This document shows, in pieces, positions 52,530 to 56,887 of a stretch of 56,887 bases of DNA. Under the pieces are notes generated by a model. The model was not told the origin of the DNA. It saw only the letters and a list, made by a program, of their open reading frames with translations, and did not search any database. Origin of the DNA: Acidimicrobiales bacterium (lineage in GTDB: Bacteria; Actinomycetota; Acidimicrobiia; Acidimicrobiales; SHLQ01); contig JBPCTQ010000118.1 of the NCBI GenBank assembly GCA_051011595.1, forward strand, positions 1-56,887. The letters are read 5' to 3'. Both the position numbers and the translations under genes were made by a program. Each line of letters starts with the position of its first letter. Within the stretch, counting starts at the first letter, position 1.

Positions 52530-54689
52530 CTACCCGATCACGTACACATGGGCCACTGCGCCCGAGATCTCTGGACTGGCAGATGTGAGGGTCAGCACCA
52601 GCACCCCTGGTTCGAGCTCATCGGGAAGCGCCACATGGGTTTGCAGGCCCTCGTGGTCGCTGACGACGGCAACCTCCGTCTCGCCGATGAAGGCTCGTGA
52701 CCCACCTTCGACAGCCACGCCCGGAAACGTGATGATGTCGCCGCCACTCACCCTCGAGCCAGCGGCGGGCTCAGACTGGTCGAGGAACGGCAGCCGCCAA
52801 ATGGCCAGCCCTTCGTCAGTCTCGTCCGCGAGCACGAACGAGGCGGCCTGGGCACCGTCGACCGACATGACGGTGACGGCGGCCTCCGCTCCCCTGAAGG
52901 TGTTGGGCGGGTTCACATACAGGTCAGAGATGGCCCCGGTGATCCAGGGGAATTCCTCAACCATCGCCGCGAGCCCCGCCTCACGATCCTCCTCGCCGTT
53001 CGGATAGCCGTTCCACATCGCCAACGCTTCGTCGGTCTCCCCGAGCGCCAGATGCCCCAGGAACGCAAGCACCACATCGCGAGCTTCGTCACGCTGGGCC
53101 TCGGTCAACGTCGGCAGGGCCGACACCGCCTGCTCGAGTTGCTCAGCGTCCAGCTCGACGTCAATGGGCACCACCGACACGGCGCGCGGTGGGCCCGGGT
53201 ACACCAGCTCGAGTGTCCACAAGCCCCCCGGATGCACAAGATCCGGCAACTCGATCATGATGGAGCCGGCCGCTGCCTCGACCGAGCCCACTTCGTCGAA
53301 GCACGACCCGAACAAGATGTCGGGCGCCCCAGGATTCGCGTAGCACAGTCGCACTCGGGCATCCTCAGGCGACTCATCGGCGGCGAACGAGACGACGTCA
53401 CCGACCGCGTGAGGGCCGGCGTCGACCGTCAGGCCGGGATTGTCACCACGCTCGACATCGATTGCCACCTGGGCGATCACGCCCTCGTCGAAGAGCACCA
53501 GCCACCAGCGCGCGTCCTCGACGCCGTCGACGACAGGAAGGCGGATGGCGCCGCGGGTCGGAAAGGCGAAGGTCACGATCTGTTCGCAGACCGCCTCCGG
53601 ATCCCGGAGTACCCGCTGGAGGCAGAGCTGCACGATGGACCTCTGCGGCGCCCCGATGGCCGTGAACGAGATCTCGTCACCCATCAGGTGCGGCCCGGGA
53701 TCGACCATCAGCGGGCCGTCCGGGGGCTCAGCCCGCTGCTGGTCGAATGCAATGGCCACCGGGTTGGGGGTGCGTGCAGCCTGGACCACGATGCGACAGC
53801 CGTAAGGGTCGGTTACGCAGTCGGCCGTCGCACCGGTGGTGTTGACCCACCGGCGAGCCGGGACCTCGGCCCGGAATTCGCCGGAGTCGTCGACGACGAT
53901 CTCGGCCGTTGGATTGTTGGACAGGCACCCACTCATACCGTCGAACCCGCCAAGGACACATTGCGTCAAGAGCGTGGTCTCACCCGGTTCGAAGCCGCGT
54001 CCGGCCACGAAGAGGGTGTCGCCGTCGACGAGGAGGTCGCTGGGCTCGACGGTGAAGATCGGCGGCTCGCTGCCCGCGACCTCCGGGTCGAAGAAGACCG
54101 CGGCGGAGCCGGACTGGTCGTAGTCCTCGACGTCGGCCACTCCGACCCGACAGCCCGCCTCCAGGCCGCCGTCGGCGCAGTCATGGGTGCCGGTGGATGT
54201 GGTGATGATCCGGCGCACTTCCATCTGCAGACGGAAGCGACCTTCGGCGTCGGCCACACCGGTCGCGATGTTGCCCAGGTCGCAATCGTCGGCCGAGCCG
54301 CCGGTCTCGCCCAGCCAGCACTGGGTCGCGGCAACGGTTGCACGCGGCTTCATGCCTTCGCCCTGCACGGTGACCGTCTGGCCGTCGACCAGGCCGTTGT
54401 CGGGTTCGAGCATCACCGGCAGGCCGACCGACTCGAGACCGTCGTAGGGACCGCCGAACTCGGGTTGTTGCACGGCCACCTCCTCGCCCGGGTCATCACC
54501 ACCGTCGCGGCTGGCGACAACGACACCGGCGGCGACCACGACGGCCAGGGCCAGCACCGCCAGACCGCCTCGAACCCGAGACCGGCGCCGACTACGGGCT
54601 TCGACCCCGTCAGGATCAGCCTCGAGGTCGATCAGCCCGCCACTCACCCGGTGGCCGGCATCGTGCAAGCGGTCGTCGAATTCGTTCAT
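52530..54689 (-). CDS. Single-pass membrane protein coupled to an ECF sigma factor; ectodomain has two neocarzinostatin-like domains plus further repeats (candidate anti-sigma/sensor)
   Basis: Start trimmed to MNEFDDRLHD (ATG 54689), sharing one nucleotide with the sigma-gene stop (TGATG). TM GGLAVLALAVVVAAGVVVA. Two copies of the pattern V.P..GLVDG.TV.V.G.G..P......QC.......C...V.D..G.F....VRR.......DC.....C.VG. Confidence 0.7.
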   Translation of the reverse strand: MNEFDDRLHDAGHRVSGGLIDLEADPDGVEARSRRRSRVRGGLAVLALAVVVAAGVVVASRDGGDDPGEEVAVQQPEFGGPYDGLESVGLPVMLEPDNGLVDGQTVTVQGEGMKPRATVAATQCWLGETGGSADDCDLGNIATGVADAEGRFRLQMEVRRIITTSTGTHDCADGGLEAGCRVGVADVEDYDQSGSAAVFFDPEVAGSEPPIFTVEPSDLLVDGDTLFVAGRGFEPGETTLLTQCVLGGFDGMSGCLSNNPTAEIVVDDSGEFRAEVPARRWVNTTGATADCVTDPYGCRIVVQAARTPNPVAIAFDQQRAEPPDGPLMVDPGPHLMGDEISFTAIGAPQRSIVQLCLQRVLRDPEAVCEQIVTFAFPTRGAIRLPVVDGVEDARWWLVLFDEGVIAQVAIDVERGDNPGLTVDAGPHAVGDVVSFAADESPEDARVRLCYANPGAPDILFGSCFDEVGSVEAAAGSIMIELPDLVHPGGLWTLELVYPGPPRAVSVVPIDVELDAEQLEQAVSALPTLTEAQRDEARDVVLAFLGHLALGETDEALAMWNGYPNGEEDREAGLAAMVEEFPWITGAISDLYVNPPNTFRGAEAAVTVMSVDGAQAASFVLADETDEGLAIWRLPFLDQSEPAAGSRVSGGDIITFPGVAVEGGSRAFIGETEVAVVSDHEGLQTHVALPDELEPGVLVLTLTSASPEISGAVAHVYVIG

Positions 54690-55234
54690 CAGAGTTCTCC
54701 GTTCTCGCCGAGCAGTTCGGCCAATCGGCGCCGAGCTCGTTTCAGGTGGGTCCGAGCGGTCTCCCGGCTTATGTCGAGGCACTCGGCGGCCTCGGCCTCG
54801 GGAAGGTCCAACACGTAGCGCAGAGCAATCAACTGGGCCTGACGTTTTGGGAGCGTGCGCACTGCGGACCAGAGCTGTTCATCACCTTCGGGGAGCTCGA
54901 CGACGGCGACCGATCGCGATCGCAGCCGAGCCAGGCCCCGCGCCTCGACGGCCAAGCGCCGCACACGTGACACCGAACGATTCACGACCACCCGCCGCAA
55001 CCAGGCCCGGGGGTCGTCGTAGGACCCGATGCGCCCCCAGTTGCGATAGGCGGCCAAGAACGCATCGGCGGCCAGATCCTCGGCCACCGCCCGGTCGCCG
55101 GTGAGCACGTACCCCAGGCTGACCAGACCGCGGTGCTCGGCTCGATACACGGTGTCGAAGTCGGCAACCAGGGCGATCGGCGCAGTCGCCGGCGTGCCGC
55201 CTTCGTCGGGTCCGAGGTCTCCCACCAGTTCCAT
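54689..55234 (-). CDS. ECF-type RNA polymerase sigma factor
   Basis: Start trimmed to MELVGDLG (ATG 55234). Region 2 DLAADAFLAAYRNWGRI. Region 4 AQLIALRYVLDLPEAEAAECLDISRETARTHLKRARRRL. Confidence 0.8.
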   Translation of the reverse strand: MELVGDLGPDEGGTPATAPIALVADFDTVYRAEHRGLVSLGYVLTGDRAVAEDLAADAFLAAYRNWGRIGSYDDPRAWLRRVVVNRSVSRVRRLAVEARGLARLRSRSVAVVELPEGDEQLWSAVRTLPKRQAQLIALRYVLDLPEAEAAECLDISRETARTHLKRARRRLAELLGENGEL

Positions 55235-55321
55235 CACACCATGTACTCGCCACAGACCCGGGCCAGGGGGGACACTCACACCCAGAAATCTCCCGCGCCC
55301 CGTCCTCGTCCGCTGCCCCTT

Positions 55322-55369
55322 CGCTTCTGGTAGTGCAGCGACAGCCAGAGCCTGACGCTGCACGACCAG
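55322..55369. repeat. 48-nt repeat, copy 2, in the divergent region between the ECF sigma gene and the RNase gene
   Basis: Same 48-mer in the same orientation. Both copies are preceded by a C/T-rich tract (ccctctccctcgccctcc versus ccccgtcctcgtccgctgcccc). Confidence 0.9.
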
Positions 55370-55405
55370 TTGGCGGGGAGGGGGCGCCGATAGGGTTGCG
55401 GGCTC

Positions 55406-55915
55406 ATGATTCGGCGCCCGAAGTCCCCCCGTCGGTGGTTGCTGCTGCCGCTGTGGATCGTGTTCGGTGCGGTGCTCGTGCTGACCGGCTGCGGGTCCGA
55501 CGACAGCTCCACCACCACCTCCTCCACCACCACGACCGAGGCCAGCGGTTCGCCGACGACGACGCTCGACCAACCGGCACGCTCCACTCCCCCATCGACC
55601 ACCCAGACCGAGGTCGAGATCGTCCGCTACAGCGACCTGCCCACGGTCACCGTCGGCGAACTGCCACCCGAAGCCATCGACACCTTGCGCCTCATCCGTG
55701 ACGGCGGTCCCTTCCCGTACGACCAGGACGGTTCGACGTTCCAGAACCGTGAGGGGCTGCTGCCCGACTACGACATCGGCTTCTACCAGGAGTACACGGT
55801 CGACACCCCGGGGCTGTCACACCGCGGCGCCCGGCGGTTGGTCACCGGCGACGACGGCGCCATCTACTGGACCGCCGACCATTACGCATCGTTCGAGGAG
55901 TTGGTGGTGGGATGA
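55406..55915 (+). CDS. Guanyl-specific ribonuclease (RNase Sa / barnase-N1-T1 superfamily) lipoprotein
   Basis: Signal plus lipobox LVLTGC, S/T-rich linker, then PFPYDQDGSTFQNREGLLP, YQEYTV, HRGARRLV and YWTADHYASF. Confidence 0.8.
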   Translation: MIRRPKSPRRWLLLPLWIVFGAVLVLTGCGSDDSSTTTSSTTTTEASGSPTTTLDQPARSTPPSTTQTEVEIVRYSDLPTVTVGELPPEAIDTLRLIRDGGPFPYDQDGSTFQNREGLLPDYDIGFYQEYTVDTPGLSHRGARRLVTGDDGAIYWTADHYASFEELVVG

Positions 55916-56343
55916 CCTGGCTGGACCGACTGATCACCAGCGCCGACCCGGGGACCTACGTGGCCCCGCCCGAACCGGACCGCTACGGCGTGGCCGACGA
56001 GGTGTCGGCTCGGGGCTGGCGTTGCCTGAGCGACGATCTGGCCGATGCCACCGACAAGGCCAATCTGGTGGCGGCCCTGGCCCGGGCGGTCGACGCCCCC
56101 GACTACTTCGGCGGCAACTGGGATGCCCTGGTCGACGTGATGCGCGACCTGTCGTGGAGCCCGGCCGAAGGGTACGTGGTGCTGCTGGAGAACTGCGGAA
56201 CCCCGGCCCGTTCGTGCCCCGCCGACTGGGCCGTTGCCCTCGACATCTTCGCCGAGACGGTTCGGTGGTGGACCGAGCACGGCACCCCGATGCGTTTCGT
56301 GCTGCGCGACGCCGACGTGTTCTCGGGTTACCACGCGCTGTGA
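55912..56343 (+). CDS. Barstar-family ribonuclease inhibitor
   Basis: ATGA overlap with the RNase gene. APDYFGGNWDALVDVMRDL is the barstar-type motif. No signal peptide. Confidence 0.7.
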   Translation: MTWLDRLITSADPGTYVAPPEPDRYGVADEVSARGWRCLSDDLADATDKANLVAALARAVDAPDYFGGNWDALVDVMRDLSWSPAEGYVVLLENCGTPARSCPADWAVALDIFAETVRWWTEHGTPMRFVLRDADVFSGYHAL

Positions 56344-56768
56344 CCGACGCGGCAGGCACCCACGATGGGGGTGTGCTGCGGAAGGTCGACGCCGTCACCG
56401 TTCGTGTACCCACCCTCGACGAGGGTGTGTCGTTCTACGTCGACGGGCTCGGCCACCAACTGGCCTGGCGCAACGACACCATCGGACAAGCCGGCCTGGT
56501 TCTCGACGACGGTGACTCCGAACTCGTGCTCACCACCGAACACGCCTACGAACCCAACTGGTTGGTTCGTTCCGTCGACGAGGCGCTGGCCGCCTTCGTC
56601 GCCGCGGGTGGCCGGACACTCTCGCCGCCCGTCGACATTCCCGTGGGGCGAGTGGCCGTGGTGCAGGATCCCTTCGGCAACGTGTTGGTGCTCGTCGATC
56701 TCAGCAAGGGCACCCACGACACCAACGACGACGGCACCGTCCGAGGGGTCAGCGGAAAACCCGCGTAA
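56340..56768 (+). CDS. VOC/glyoxalase-family protein
   Basis: Start trimmed to the GTG in the GTGA overlap at 56340-56343. VDAVTVRVPTLDEGVSFYVDGLG...VAVVQDPFGNVLVLVD is the paired beta-alpha-beta-beta-beta pattern. Confidence 0.65.
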   Translation: MTDAAGTHDGGVLRKVDAVTVRVPTLDEGVSFYVDGLGHQLAWRNDTIGQAGLVLDDGDSELVLTTEHAYEPNWLVRSVDEALAAFVAAGGRTLSPPVDIPVGRVAVVQDPFGNVLVLVDLSKGTHDTNDDGTVRGVSGKPA

Positions 56769-56842
56769 TGTGACACTTCTAGACTGTGACACTTATAGAC
56801 ATTGTGTCACGCCACTGTTACAACTAGGGCTGCGATGTCACA
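56769..56842. repeat. Iteron-like array: two tandem 16-mers plus two inverted half-sites in a low-GC patch
   Basis: tgtgacacttctagac (56769-56784) is followed directly by tgtgacacttatagac (56785-56800). Then gtgtcac (56804-56810) and tgtcaca (56836-56842) occur in inverse orientation. Confidence 0.8.
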
Positions 56843-56887
56843 GGCCAACGAACCGGCGTGGGGTGGGGATCCTCCCCAGAATGCAGC

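Noticed and set aside
55101-55355. Small ORFs ending in ...RFW or ...SGSAATARA that occur twice (52128-52461 and 55101-55355)
   Set aside because: The shared peptide ends are simply translations of the duplicated 48-nt element. They give no independent evidence of coding.
52428-55369. The 48-nt repeats as ends of an IS or transposon
   Set aside because: The repeats are direct, not inverted. No transposase, integrase or recombinase lies between them, and no target-site duplication is evident.
1-56887. CRISPR arrays, rRNA/tRNA genes, prophage or transposase genes
   Set aside because: No regularly spaced repeats, no tRNA-like cloverleaf candidates in the few intergenic gaps, and no integrase- or transposase-like translations were seen in any frame.

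Overview
56.9-kb, very GC-rich (about 70 percent by eye), almost gap-free coding window. Gene content and local synteny look like an Actinomycetota chromosome: sugar-1-P nucleotidyltransferase, LCP ligase, birA, accA3-type carboxylase, Rv3303c-type lpdA, rmlBCD, moeZ-like gene, metH. I call 49 CDS and see no rRNA, tRNA, CRISPR array, transposase or integrase. All family calls rest on motifs read from the translations, because no searches could be run.

Most of the window is cell-envelope glycopolymer biosynthesis:
- Left arm (1-9309, minus strand): nucleotidyltransferase, three GT4 enzymes, UDP-glucuronate decarboxylase, UDP-glucose dehydrogenase, LCP ligase.
- Right arm (20281-42969): GT4, GT2, two GT-C membrane transferases, a dual-GT2 enzyme, Wzm/Wzt ABC exporter, two free sulfotransferases, a 1159-aa sulfotransferase/coiled-coil/GT2/GT4 fusion, a SpoIID-like wall enzyme, a PhyH-type oxygenase, rmlD/B/C and a MOP flippase.
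- Housekeeping genes sit between the arms (class IV aminotransferase, birA, accA, lpdA).
- Right end: rhodanese-ThiF fusion, sirtuin, SGNH lipoprotein, pepA, TauE/SafE permease, metH, an ECF sigma factor with a membrane partner, and an RNase Sa/barstar/VOC operon.

Best candidates for undescribed biology:
1. A translationally coupled minus-strand operon (14486-20189). It encodes a MauE-like membrane protein, a Tat-exported protein with a 26-cysteine MauA-like domain fused to tandem about 100-aa repeats, and a MauD-like thioredoxin. No methylamine dehydrogenase heavy chain, MauG or amicyanin gene is present.
2. A predicted sulfated, ABC-exported glycan whose polymerase carries an N-terminal sulfotransferase and a long coiled coil. 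This is a WbdD/WbbB-style molecular-ruler layout with sulfate as the possible chain cap.
3. Two identical 48-nt hairpin-containing direct repeats bracketing the sigma/partner module.
4. An iteron-like array in a low-GC patch at the right edge.
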